Of a stretch of 64,000 nt of DNA, positions 1 to 13,100 are shown one piece after another; within the stretch, counting starts at the first letter, position 1, and each line of letters starts with the position of its first letter. A program made the translations under genes and the position numbers. Source of the DNA: a virus; IMG/VR virus record IMGVR_UViG_3300037466_003065, positions 1 to 64,000 of that record; one strand, written 5' to 3'. The notes under the pieces are model-generated. The model was not told where the DNA came from. It did no database searches and saw nothing but the letters and a program-made list of their open reading frames with translations.

Positions 1-42
1 GCCACCGACCCCGCGACGCAGGAGAGCCAGGCGGCGGCCTGA
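1..42 (+). CDS. 3' end of an upstream gene (partial)
   Basis: Frame 1 reads ATDPATQESQAAA then TGA at 40-42, with GC3-rich codons like the neighbouring genes. Only 13 codons are visible. Confidence 0.5.
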   Translation, partial: ATDPATQESQAAA

Positions 43-64
43 ACTTGACGCCTCGCCGAAAACT

Positions 65-101
65 GCGACCGCAGGGCCCGAGGGGGAGGCCCTGCGGTCG
101 C
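65..101 (+). terminator. Perfect 14-bp stem-loop (terminator/attenuator-like)
   Basis: GCGACCGCAGGGCC (65-78) pairs perfectly with GGCCCTGCGGTCGC (88-101) around a 9-nt loop. Only a weak T tract follows (CTCGTTTGT). It lies 7 nt before the GTG at 109. Confidence 0.55.
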
Positions 102-108
102 CTCGTTT

Positions 109-1125
109 GTGGAGATTGACGTGACCTACAACGCCTTCCGCCACTGGATGACGCCGGACGGCCGCCTCCGGCCCGAAAAGGTCGAAGACCTGATCTACGA
201 GGTGTCCAGCGGCAAGCACGTCTTCCAGTCCGCCGAGCCGCCGTTCGCCCTCTACGCCTCCCGGACGCCGACGATCCGCGAGGCCGAGGCGGCCCGCCTG
301 GTGTACATCAAGAAGTTCCACGAGGCCCTGCAGGCGGGGCTGATGACCAAGGAAGACCTCGAGCGCGTCGCCATCCAGAGCGGCGTGTTCAGCCAGAAGG
401 ATCGCAAGGAGAAGGTCGCCCTGACCTCCCAGCTCGACGACCTCGCGAGGGCGAGGGAGATGACCCGGGACGCCCAGCAGAAGTTGGAGTTCGACGCCCA
501 GATCCTCAACCTCCAGAAGCGGCTCGGGGTGATCCTGGACGTCGAGCAGGAGGTGTTCCGCCACTCCGCGGAGGCCGACGCCGAGACGTGGCGGCAGCTC
601 TACTTCGTCAGCCAGTGCACGATGGGAGGGGAGACGCTGGAGGAGCGGGTCTGGGCGACGTGGGACGAGCTCCTCGACGCCCCGCACGACCCGCTGGTCA
701 AGGACGCCCGCATGGGCTTTCACCGGGTGCAGGCCGGGCTGCCGATAACCCTGATCCGGGCCCTAGCCCGCTGCGGGCACTGGCGTCAGGTCTGGAAGGG
801 TGCCCGGGAGGCCGGGTCGCCCCTGTTCGAGGGGCCGAGCGTCAGTTGGGACACGAATAAGAAGAACCTGGTTTGGTGGTCGGACTTTTACGAGTCGATT
901 TTCCAACACCAAGAGCGGCCGCCCGAAGAGACGATAAACAATGACGAGGCCCTCCAGACGTGGATGAATCAGATGGTCGCCCGCGCCCAGGAGGCCAAGG
1001 CCCGTGCCGGCGCCCATAGTGGCCGCGGGCCGAATTACAAAGACGGTAGGGGTCGATCGATCGGCTCGGTGCAGGTTGGCAGCGAGAACCGTAAGGTCGG
1101 CCAGAGCTTCAAGATCAGGAGATAG
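109..1125 (+). CDS. Hypothetical protein, probable tail assembly chaperone (pre-tape-measure gene), 338 aa
   Basis: Long ORF with GTG start and GC3 bias, directly upstream of the tape measure gene. Function is by synteny only. Confidence 0.6.
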   Translation: MEIDVTYNAFRHWMTPDGRLRPEKVEDLIYEVSSGKHVFQSAEPPFALYASRTPTIREAEAARLVYIKKFHEALQAGLMTKEDLERVAIQSGVFSQKDRKEKVALTSQLDDLARAREMTRDAQQKLEFDAQILNLQKRLGVILDVEQEVFRHSAEADAETWRQLYFVSQCTMGGETLEERVWATWDELLDAPHDPLVKDARMGFHRVQAGLPITLIRALARCGHWRQVWKGAREAGSPLFEGPSVSWDTNKKNLVWWSDFYESIFQHQERPPEETINNDEALQTWMNQMVARAQEAKARAGAHSGRGPNYKDGRGRSIGSVQVGSENRKVGQSFKIRR

Positions 1126-1127
1126 CC

Positions 1128-4100
1128 GTGGGACTTGGACGCCAGTGGAACTTGACGATCGCGGTTCGCACCCCCCAAGCGAACATGCTCTCGGGGATCC
1201 CTCGCAAGATGCAGGAGGCGACGGCGGGCATCAAGACCGTCGCCGAGACCGCCCACAAGGCGACCGCGAGCGTCGGCAAGTCGCTCGGCGGCGAACTGGA
1301 CTCCATCAAGGAGACCGTCCGCGCCCTCGCCCAGACCGTCCGCGAAGTCCAGCAGATCAGCCGCACGACGGGCGGCGGCATGGTCATCCCGAAGGGCTCC
1401 GGCGACACCCGCCGGTACATGGCCCGCCAGCTCGGCATGACCGACCGTGACTTCGAGACGTACACGCGGCCGGAGGGTAAGCGGGCGACCGGCAAGCCCC
1501 CGGTCGGCGGCTACTTCCCCAACGCGACCGTGGTCGGCAGGGAGCGGTCGTACTCCCAGAACGATGTCACCGCCATGACGCTGGTCGCCCGCGTCACCCG
1601 CCCGCTGGCCGAGAAGCTCGACGAGGTCAGGGACGCGATCCACGACCTCAAGGCCCAACTCGGGAAGGATCAGCTCACGAAGGCCGACTGGGAGCGGATC
1701 ATGACGGGCCTCGCCAAGGGTGCGACCGGCAGCACGCGGGCCTTCTACCAGCAGGAGAGGGCCAACCTCGAGCGGCAGCGGAAGTCGGCGATCAGTGCCG
1801 GCGAGGGGCCCCGCCCGCCCTCCCGCGGCTTCGCGTCGTCGATCGATCCCGCCCACATCTCCTACGACTTCTCGAAGGCCAACAACGCGCTCCGCAAGGG
1901 CCTCGAATACGTCATCCACCAGGTCGAGCAGGTCGCCGACCAGTTCGCCGACTTCAAGGCCGATCCCCAATCCTACCTGAAGGACGTTCTCGCCACGGCG
2001 AAGAAGACGCTGGGGAACAAGGGCAAGTACGTCTACCAGGGCATCGCACAAGGGCTCCTCGACAAGGACTCGATGAAGCCCGAGTACCAGGAAGCCGCCT
2101 TCCTGCGTGCCCACTTCCTCAAGAAACAGCTCCAGGGAACCGCGGTCACCACGTACCTGCAGGGGCGGTTCAAGGATCGCGAGGACGCCGAGAAGGCCGG
2201 TCGCCGGTACTCCCCGTCCGAGATCCGGTCTGCCGACGAGCAGGCGGGCAAGCGTATCGTCGCCAAGGCCGGCTCGCTCGGCGAGTGGAGCATGGCGGCC
2301 GGCGAGGACGCGGGCGACAAGAACGCCTTCGGCACCGGCGCCCTCGCCGCCCTCGTGCGGCAGATCAAGCAGCTCGGCAACATCGACTTCTCCGCGGGCC
2401 ACACCGCGTTCAAGAAGCTCGCCGACAGCGTGGCGTCCGCGAACATCTCGCAGGGCAACAGCTTCCACCCCGAACACCCGCTCTTCAACCTGATCGGCCG
2501 GGGCAGTGGCGTCGCGGCGGCCAAAGGCCCGTCAACCGGCGGCGGAAGCGGCGACCTGGCCATGGCGAAGGTCGCGGACAAGCGCGGCTCCTCGGGCGTG
2601 CAGGCGTTCGAGTCGAAGGAAGACCTCAAGGCCCTCGGCGGCGCGTTCATCAAGTCGCTCGCGATGTCGCTGAACGAGAAGCCGGACGGCACGTACGATG
2701 ACGTCAAGGCCGGCAAGATGGTTCGCCGTTTCCAGAAGCAGGACGGCGGCGACATCATCCAGTCGATCAAGGACGAGTTGTCCGACACGCTCTTCGACCC
2801 GGCCAAGGTCGAGCAGGAGTTGGGTCGCGTTCTGTCGTCGCCCGCAATGCGGAAGTTCAAGCAGACGATGCTTGAAACCCTCGAGGTCAACGAGGACAGT
2901 TTCGACGAGGCCCTGAAGGGGAAGTATCAGAAGCCCAAGCCGTCGCAGATCCTCGAGCTACTCGGCAACACCGCGCTTCAGACGACCTTCCCCGGGATCA
3001 CCCCGGAAACGATCCGCGAGTCGATGGGGGTGAAGAAGGCCAAGCGGGCCATGGCGAAGGCGGACACGATCCGCAGCGACGACTACGCACAGCACGACGC
3101 CGACGCGTTCAATTTCGCCATGCAGCGGTTCGCGTGGCAGCACTACGACAAGGGCGTACTCGACCCGTTCAAGCAGGGCAAGCAGAAGAGCGACCGCTTC
3201 TCCCCGATGCAGCTCGTCGACGAGAAGTTTGATGAGATCATCGACATCGCCAAGGAAACGATTGGCCCGAAGGGCGGGGACAGGGATTACGTCCGGCGGA
3301 TCCTGGCCGACTCGTTCCCGGCCATGGTGCGGATGATGCACGAGAACCCCTTGCTGCTGGGCGGCAAGGAGTCCGAGCGGGAGCAGCCCCAGCTCCGGCT
3401 GGCGGCCGAGGAGCAGGGGCAGCCCCGCGGCCAGATCGGCGCCCTGCCCCGACTGCTCGACGTCATCCACGAAGAGCTCAAGCTCCACACCAGCTACCTG
3501 AAGACGATCAGTGAGATCCACGCCCAGCAGCCCTCGGTCACCGGCGGTGCCAAGAAGCCCAAGGGACTCGCGGAGCGGGGCTCGTTCCTGCTCGACCCCG
3601 GCGCCCGCACGCCGCATGACAACCGCGTGACGCAGCCCCAGCGGTTCGCGTCGGCGATCGACCGCGTCTCCGCGTTCGGCGGGGCCGCCGCGATCCTGTA
3701 CGGCGGGGCCAGTGAGCTGAAGACCGGCTTCAAGCTCATGGTCGACTTCGAGAAGGGCGTAACGAACGTCCGGAAGGTCATGAACCCGCTGGGTGCCGAC
3801 TTCCGCGACCTCGGCAAGAACGCCCGCGAGATGGGCCAGGATCTGGGCAAAGACCTGGTCGAGGTGACCAGCGGCATGGCCGCCTTCGCCTCGCAGGGCC
3901 AGTCCATGAAGGACGTCCTGACGAACACCCGCACGGCCCTCATGGCGACCAACGTCACCACGATGGAGCTGGGCGAGGCCGTCGACTTCCTGACGTCGGC
4001 CCAGAAGCAGTACCAGATGACCGCGTCGCAGGGGATGCGGATCCTCGACGCGTGGAACGAGATCGAGAACACCACGGGCGTGAGCGTCAAGGTGCTGGGC

Positions 4101-7100
4101 GACGCGATGAAGCGTGCCGGCACCGCCAGCCGCCTCGCCGGCGTGGACTTCGACACGTTCACCGGGCTGACGGCCGCCCTGGCCGAGTCGACCCGCAAGA
4201 ACGGCGAGATGATCGGTACCTCGCTGAAGTTCATGTTCCAGCACGTCAAGGATCCGAAGGCGATCGAGTCGCTCGAGCGCGTCGGCGTCTACATCCAGGA
4301 CTCGGCCGGGAACATGAAGAACGCCCGGCAGTCGCTGGGCGAGCTGGCCAAGATGTGGCCGAAGCTGACCGACGCGCAGCGGGAGAACGTCGCGATCAGC
4401 GTGGCCGGCACCGAGCACCTGAACGACTTCATGGTCGCGATGGAGCAGTGGGATCGGGCCATGGATCTCACGGTCACGTCGCTGACCTCGCAGGGGTCGG
4501 CGCAGCGTGAGAACAACATCCTGATGGAGACCACCGCCAAGAAGGTGGATCAGGTCAAGGCCGCATGGCAGGGCCTGTGGGCCACGTTCGGCGAGACGGG
4601 CGCCCTCGACGTCGTCCGCACGCTGATCACGCAGGTCGACATGCTCCTCAAGGGCGTCGCCAAGGTCAACACGATGACCGGCGGCCTGGCCGGCGGCATG
4701 GTCGGCACGTTCGGGGCCGCGGGCATCGCCCTCGGCGGCGTCAGCATGCTGTCCGGCGGCGTGATCCCCGGCATCCACGGCTGGGCGACCGGCAAGTGGG
4801 GCGGGACGCCGGGCCTGAACAAGCCCGGCGCGATGGATCCGCTGACGCGGCACGTCTTGGAGAACGCCGCCCTCGAGCCCATTGCCCTCGGTGCCGGCCG
4901 CGCCGAGCGGAGCTCTGGGGCGTCGGGCTCGATGGTCTCCCCGATGCAGGGCATGTTCCGTGGGGCACGCCGGTACGGCCTCCTCGGCATGATGGTCGGG
5001 GCGGGGGGCAAGGCCCTCTACGACTCGACGATCCGCCAGCAGAAGGACGGCGAGATGCCCTCGGCCCGCGACACCGCGGTCGACATGGGCAGCAGCGCCC
5101 TGACGACGGCGTCGCTGATCGCGATGATCGCCAAGCCCGGCGCCGGCATCGGCGGGCAGGGCAAGGGGCGGCTGGCAGCCATGCTCCTGGCCGGCCTCGG
5201 CGGCGCCGCAACGATGGCGTCACAGTACGGTGCCCACGCCGACCCGACGCGGGAGAAGGCCAACGCCCAGAGCCTCGACGCGATCCGGCAGATGTCCGAC
5301 CGCGTGCAGGCGGCCCGCACCGGCGTCCGCGACATCATGAAGGCTGACGGGAGCGGCACGCTCCGCGAAGACCTCGACGCCTCCAAGATGCAGGAGGTCG
5401 GCGACATGGTCGCCGCCCTCGCCCCGGGCATCGTGAAGTTCAATGAGGCGGGCGAGGTCATGGTGGACAACGTCGGCGACTGGGCCAAGGCCCTCGACGA
5501 CGTCACCGGCTCACTCCGCACCAGTCGCACCGAGACCCTCAAGGCCCGCCTCTCGCTCGAGATGAACTCGAAGGAGGTCGAGGAGGCCGTCGAGAAGCGG
5601 TCGAAGCTCGTCTCCGAGCGGTACGCCAAGATCCAGTCCGGGTCGATGACCAAGGAGGGTGGGCTCGACTACGCCGCCCGCATCGGCGCCCAGAACTCGA
5701 TCCTCCGCGACCGCCTGACCAACCCGCTCCGCGCCGCGGCCCTCAGCTCCGGCATGGAGGGGGGCGGGTACGTCTTGCAGGGGTCGGGCCTGAAGAATCT
5801 TGCCAGGCAGACCGGCATGCCGGCCCGCACGCTGCAATCGCTGCAGCTCCAGGGCATCCTGCAGGGCGCCACGGGCTCGAACATGAACGTCGACGCCCAG
5901 CTCAAGGCGGCCGGCGTCGACGCGATGTCCGTCCGCTACGCCCAGTACGAGCGGGGCGGGGCGATCCACGACCTGACCAACAACGGCGCGGTCGCCGCCA
6001 AGGGCGGCAAGGACGCCGAGGCGTTCCGCAAGAACAACTTCGTCCTGAGCGGGTTCGACCAGCAGTTCATGGGCGGCGTGTCCGTGACCGCGGCCGAGAA
6101 GCTGAACAAGCTCGTCTCGCGGTACGAGGACGCCGTCGAGCGGCTGACCGCCAAGAACGACGACATGGTGCGGTCGCTCGAGTTCCTGAACAAGAGCTAC
6201 GAGCAGTCGGCCTACGCCCACAGCCTCGAGGGTCTCGCCGGCTCCGCGGCCTCGATGGGCAACCTCCAGCGAACGCTGGGCACGCTGGCCACGATCCGCG
6301 GCAACGGCGGCGGGGCGCTCGAGCTCCCGTCGAAGTTCAGCGGCCCGTACCAGTTCCAGCGGCAGTTGGAGATGATGATCGGCCAGGTGACGGCCCGGGC
6401 GAACACGTCCGGGGCGATCTCGCCGACCGAGCAGATCTCGATCGCCAAGAACTCCATGTTGGCGACCCGCAAGTTCAGCCAGGAGTTCTCCAAGAACGTT
6501 GACCGCCTGATCCAGTCGGGCGGGTCGAGTGTTGATCGGGCTGCCGGCGCCGACGAGTCGGGCATGACGGCCGCCGACTACAACCTGAACTACAAGGCGA
6601 TCGTCGAGGCGGTCGGCCAGCGTGACGCCGAGTTGCTCCAGAGCATGGCCACCCGTCGCGGGGAGCTCGTCCGGGACGGTGGCTCCGCGGACGAGATCGC
6701 CACGCTGACGAAGCAGATCCGGGACATCGCCAACGGCACGTTCTCGCAGAACTCCGACCGCAGCGTGCGGCGGATCGCCGACTCGTTCCGGGGTGAGCTC
6801 GACCAGTACACGGGCGCGGCCCGCCAGGGCGTGAGCACGCTGGGTGCCGGCTACCGGTTCGCCCGCGCGGTCGGTTCGGCCGGCAGCGTCGACCAGTACC
6901 TGCAGCAGCCCGAGGTGGCCAAGCAGGTGTCCGGCCTCCGCGAGACGTACGAGGCGATGAAGCAGTTCTCGAAGCAGGCCCAGGATGCAGCCGACGAGGT
7001 CGGCCGGGCGTCCGGGCTCCAGAGCAACGAGTACCGCACGATGTCGGAGATGGCCAAGCAGGCCGCCGCCGCGACCCACGAGATGGGCGCGGGCCTCAAC

Positions 7101-10100
7101 AACCTGAGCGAACAGGTGAACATGTCCGTCGAGGGCATGGTCAAGTTCCAGCAGCGGGTCGACCGGATCGCCAGCATCTCCGGCATGGGCGGCGCGTTCG
7201 GGCAGACCGGCATCGCGTCCGACCAGCACGCGATCGACTACCTGACCGGGGCGATCGAGAAGCTGTACAAGGAGATGCAGGGCGCCCCGGACGAGCAGCA
7301 GGCCAAGTACCGCGAGCGGATCGAGGAACTGAACCGGAAGCGGGAGGCGGCCCAGCAGGACATCGCCGGCCGGCAGGACGAGCGGGGTCAGCTCAGCGAA
7401 GGGCTGATGTCGTCGATCCTGTCCCGCACGATGGCCCTCCGCATGGGCATGGACGGCGGCGCCGGCGGCAAGCCGTACATCGACTCCCAGCTCCAGGGCG
7501 TACAGGAGATGCTCCAGCGGGTGATCCGGCAGGTGAACCCGAAGGACTTCAAGTCGTTCGACGACGTCCAGGGCTTCGCCAAGAAGCTCGAGGACGCCAT
7601 GGGCGACGCGGGCAAGAAGTTCCGCGACATCGCCCTCCGGAGCGACACCGAGTACCAGAAGAACTACCTGCTCGCCAGCCCGTCCAGCAAGGCCCTCATG
7701 GACAACGTTCGTGAGATGATGCGGTCGGGTGCGTCGGCCCAGGAGATCATGAGCGACCCGTACCTCGCCGCGGCCGCGCGGCAGGAGCCGGGCATCCAGT
7801 CACTGCTCGACAAGGCCCTGCAGGGCGAGCAGGATCGGGCCGCGTTCGACCTCCAGAAGCAGATGGTCGACATCTCGAAGCAGGGCAACGGTTACCTGAA
7901 GGGCCTGTACGACGTCTTCAGCGACTACGTGAAGCAGCACGGCGGCACGCCCGCCGACTTTAACACGTTCCAGAAGAACGTCCTCCCGCCCACGTCGCAG
8001 GATCCGACCGAGAAGTTCGCCTCGGGCACGATGGCCAAGGCCGGCAACCACGCCGTCGACGCGCAGGGCCGCATCCGCCACGACGAGACGTACGCCACCC
8101 TGCACAAGGGCGAGGTCGTCCTGAACAAGCAGGAGGCCGACGCCCTGCTCGGCAACGCGTACGCCAAGGGCACGATGCCCCGCTCGACGTCCCGCAAGGT
8201 CTTCAACGCGACGCAGGGCATCGTCTCCGACACGGAGAAGATGTTGGCCGACCTTCCGGACGCGACCGCCCGGAAGTACGCGAAAATGACGGCAGCGATG
8301 TCCAGTCGGCCGACCGAGATCCCGGTCAAGCCGCTCCAGCTCGCGTCCTTCAACCGTCGAGATCCGCGACCGATCATCTCGACCACGTTCGATGAGCTGC
8401 GGGAGAACGAGCTGCGGTTCGCCACGGACACCCCGCGGGTGCCCAAGCATGGCATTCCGCTCGTAACGCCCTACTACGACCTGGCCCCCACGAACGCCCC
8501 GACGTTCCAGACGCCTTCGCTGCCCGCGCACCGCGAGCCGATCGAGCTGTACGACCTGGCCCCCTCGAACGCCAGCCGTCGCCCCAGTCTGTCGACGCTG
8601 TCGCTGGCCGACATGGGCGAGGTGAATCCCTACGAACTGGCCGCCCAGAACGGGAAGGCGTCGCCCGCCTCCCAGTTGCCGTTGTCCAAGCAGGCGATCG
8701 CAGAGTACGACCTCGCGTTCCAGAAGAGCTTCAAGCAGCTCGAACTGGCCGACATCGACGACTCGATCTATGGCCTGAAGAAGTACAAGCCCGACTCGAC
8801 CTCGCTCCCCCTGTGGATGGAGGAGGCCAAGTACAGCAAGATCCCCGTCGCCCACACCGCGGCGATCGAAGATCTGGCGACCCTCGACCCGCACGGGCCG
8901 ATCCCCCTGTCGGATCTCCCCGCACGCAGTGGCGCATCGCCCATCGCCCTCGCCGGCGACGGCGGCCACGCCGCGGGGTCGCTGCCACTGTCGGGCGTCG
9001 ACCCGTACGCCCTCAAGAGCCGCCGGCCGCCGTACCCGCCCGGCGTGGCCGTCCGGCAGCCGACGCCGAAGGTCACCGTCCCAATGGTCGATCCGTACGA
9101 CCTTCGACCGGCCGGCGACTACGCATACAACATCAACCCGCTGGAGAACGCCGACTTCGGCCCCCGTGCGGCCACCGCCCCCTCGTTCAGTCGGAGGCAG
9201 TTCCTGCGGGCCGCCAGGGAGATGAAGTGGGCCAAGTCCTACTGGCAGTCCGTGGTCGACGGGGGCAAGAACACCTTCGGCCTCGTCGACGAGGCCGGCA
9301 AGGGCACCGCCCTCGGCAAGAAGGCCACGAGTGCGATGCGGAAGATGCTCGGCCGCAACGGTCTCGGCCTGTCGGCCGAGCAGATGGCGTCCGTGCTCGC
9401 CATGACCGGCGGCAACCTCGGGGCCCTGCCGGGCAACATCCGGGCGTTCACGACTGAGACGAGCGTGACCCGCGGCCTGCTGGGTGAACTGAAGCTCACC
9501 GGCCCGCAGATCACGTTCGGCAACACGGCGGCCGGATCCCGTGGCGGCCTGGCCGGGCGACTGGTGGGCACCGCGAGCCACGAGGCATCGCACGCCCTGA
9601 TGTCGCTCTTGTCGAACGACATGATGGCGGCCGGCGGCTTGCGTGGCGGCAACCGCAAGTTGCAGAGCCAGCTCTGGCAGGCGATCCTGGCCGACCAGTC
9701 CGTTGAGGGCCGCGCGACGCGAGCCTACGTGGCGGGCCGGTACGGCGACCTCCGCAAGGCGGCCATGCAGGGCAAGTCGGAAGGTCTCCTGATGGAGATG
9801 CTCGCCCACCGCGCCCAGCTCGCGTCGGTGACCGGCGAAGTCCCCGAGTACCTGCGGATCGCCCACGCGGGGAACGCCAACGTCATGTCGGGGCTCGGCA
9901 AGGCGTCCGAGGCGGGCACCCTCACCCAGGAGCACCTGGGCCGCGTCCTGTCTTCCGTGGCCGAGAGCAAGTCGGCACAGCTCGCCAAGGCCGGGTTCCG
10001 CGGGCTCAAGGCCGCCCCCACGATGGAGCAGTTGGTGCTCGGCGTCGGCGGCCGGGGATTTGGCGCCCGCGCACTCGAGCGCATGGCCAACCCGTTCGGC

Positions 10101-13100
10101 AGCGGAAAGCTGGCCTCGGCGGGCAACCTTGCCATGCTGGGCATGCAGGTGTTCGGCCAGTCCATCGCCAACAAGATGGGGGTGGGCAAGCAGTACGAGA
10201 CGTACGCCCAGCCCGTTCTCGACGTCTACAATACCGCACAGGTGATGAATAACCTGTACGAGGGCAAGGGGCTGATCGGCCTGAATACGTCCGGCTGGGC
10301 GACTTCGATGGAGTCGCGGGCGGCGATGGCTGGCGGCCGCATGGGTCAGCTCTACGAGGGGCTGGGTACCGCGTTCCGGGTCGGCGACAAGGTCGGCAAG
10401 TTCGCCGGCGAAGTCGCGGCCCCGATCATGGCGTACCAGATCGCCCGCAGCGGCGTCGGCGCCGGCGCCTACCTGTTGAACAAGGCGGGCGGGATCAGCG
10501 ACCAGACGTACAAGAACACGAAGGGCGGCCTGGAGGTGCTCGACGAGCACATGACCAGCCCCCTCGCGTTCGCCGGCCGCCAGATCTCCAACGCCGGGAA
10601 CTTCTTCACCGGCAAGGGCTGGACGAGCGAGGCCCAGAAGATCCAGGACGCGGTCGACAAGGGCCGCGAGATGATCGAGGCCCAGGCCATCCAGATGGGC
10701 ACTGGCTGGTTCACGAAGAACATCGCCACCAACGGCAACGGCTCGATCGCCCTCGACCTGGTCAACGCACAGGCGAAGATGGCCGAGGCCCGGTCGAACT
10801 TCGTCCTCAAGTCCGCGATCGACACGCCCCTGCTGGTGTGGTCGGGCGGGTTCGACGAGGAGATGAAGAAGCTGGGCGTCGGCGGCGAGGGTGGCCAGGG
10901 CGGCGTGTCGGCCAAGGATCTCCTCGCCAAGCAGATCGCGAACTACGAGACGGGCGCCGACCAGATGGCGGCCCTCGCCAAGCGGTTCGACGACCAGGTC
11001 GGCCACTTCGGGATGACCGACGATCAGAAGCAGATCGCGGCCAGCCTCGGCGACCGCGTGGCGGCCCTGCGGCAGAAGGCGGCCGACCTCCGCAAGTCGC
11101 AGGATCGCGAGAATAGCTGGTACGGCATGCAGAACATCTACGCCGCCCTCACCCAGTCCGAGGGACTGGAGAAGACGGCGGCGGGGATGCGGCAGGGCGG
11201 CACGGCCGGCAGCGGCTCGGGCGGCATGGGCTGGGCCGGGTTCGCCAACCTCGCCGGCCTGATCCCGGACAGCGACAAGGGCCCGCTCCTCAGTCAGGGT
11301 GCGGTCGCCGCCTTCAAGTTCATCCAGGCCCAGACGGGCAAGGGCGACGAGGCGACCGCGAACCTGTGGGGCGACGCCGCGTCCAAGCTGACCAACCCAG
11401 CGTCGACGCTGGGCGACCTGCTCAACGTCCTCGGGTCGTCTAGCACGTCCGACCTGGTCGAGCAGATCAAGAAGGGCGGCGACTTCGCGGGCAACGCGAA
11501 GATGGCACAGGCGACCAAGGACAAGCTGGAGGCGGCCAAGAAGGCCGAGGCCGCCCTCGCCGGCACGTCCCCCAAGGACGCCGAGAAGATGATCAACGCC
11601 TACGCGTCGTTCGACCAGGCGGTCGCCGCCCTGAAGAACGGCGGGGCGTACGACGACTACCAGAAGCGGGCCAAGGGCTTCCTCGACCACGGTCAGGCGT
11701 TCCTGCAGTCCCTGCAGCTCACCTACAAGACCGGGATGTCCGACGCGGACGTGAAGAAGCTCCGCGAGAAGTGGTACGCCGAGCGGGGCCAGTACGAGTC
11801 CGAGTACGACGGTGTCCGCGGCGTCCGCTCCCAGCTCGACGCGGCCAGCCAGTCGATCGCCGACCTGTGGCCGAGCCTCTCGCCGTCCGCGCAGGCGTTC
11901 TACCGGCAGACCGCCGGCATGAGCGACAAGGACACCTTCAGCCCGTGGCGTATCGCGGGCCGCAAGGATCCCATGCCCATGTCCCGGCTCGACGCCCTGA
12001 TGTCGTCGATCGAGTCGTGGGACGACAACGCCGCCCAGCAGGAGGCCCTGTGGGGCCAGGCGGCGACCGCGATCGACGCGAAGAAGAAGGCCGAGAAGAT
12101 GCTGCTGGAGACCAAGTCGGCCCCGGGCATGCGGTACGGCCTCGCCCGGACGCTGGTCGACGGCAACTCGAAGATGATGCAGGTGCTGTTCACCGGCGAG
12201 AAGGTGAACGGCCTCGACGAGGCGACGGCCAACCCCGAGCGGATCGCCCAGGTGGCGGCCCGCATCCAGAAGCAGAAGGAGGCGTTCTGGGATAAGCAGA
12301 ACCGGGGCGACGCCGACGTCACCGCCCTGCGGCGACTCGCCCTCGGCGGGAAACTGGACAGCGTCGACGCCTTCTGGGACGCCGCCTCGCAGCAGAACAA
12401 GAAGCTGACGGGCGACGCCAAGCAGCTCGCGGCCCTGAACACGGCGATCGACGCCGCGCGGCAGGGCCAGGGGGCCCAGGCCGACATCTCGGTGGCCGAC
12501 CTCGAGAAGCAGCGGGCCCAGTTCCTGACCGGCAGCGAGTACACCGAGTCGATGCTGAACCAGGTGAACCGTCTCGCGACCGGCGTCGAGACGTCCGTGC
12601 GGGAGACCAACCGCCGGGCGGGCGTCCGGGACGAGATCCTGTCGAACAGCATGCCGCTCACCCCCACCCCGGAGGAGATCGCGGCCGAGAACGCCCGCCG
12701 CGGGCTGGTGCTGACCGACTCCGTGATCCCCCAGCGGGACGCGGGCGGGCCGACCGGCAGCCAGTGGACGACGATTCAGACGGGCGGCCCCCAGCCGGAG
12801 TCCGTGATCGTCGGCAGCACGATCCAGAAGTTCAACGACGCCATGCAGACGGTTCCCGACTTCATGGCCAGCGTGAGCAACATGGACACGATGCGGCAGG
12901 ACGCCCAGGCTTTCCGGTCAGAAGTTGGAGGCGTTCAGTCGATGAATGGTAGCGTGACCCACACGGGCCACGTGGTTTTGGATATGTCTGCCGGTTTCGA
13001 AGGGATGATGCGGCAACTGTTCGATCTGCTCCAGAAGCAGACCGGGCAACAGACCGGCTTCCGTGAGGGAGATTCCATCCCCCAGTTCTTCGAACAGCAG

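Noticed and set aside
40-111. Stop-codon readthrough joining the upstream gene to ORF 109 (same frame)
   Set aside because: A second in-frame TGA at 46-48 follows the first.
9189-9206. Twin-arginine-like SRRQFL motif in the TMP
   Set aside because: It is internal (residue about 2688), with no hydrophobic core after it and no start codon with SD before it.
7800-11690. 1296-aa antisense ORF, and similar long shadow ORFs (1035-2477, 2958-4853, 23194-27459, 36118-37896, 46139-48829, 51325-53613, 58340-60679)
   Set aside because: They lie opposite genes with clear motifs. High-GC codon bias removes stops from the antisense frame, and the translations have no recognisable motifs or SD.
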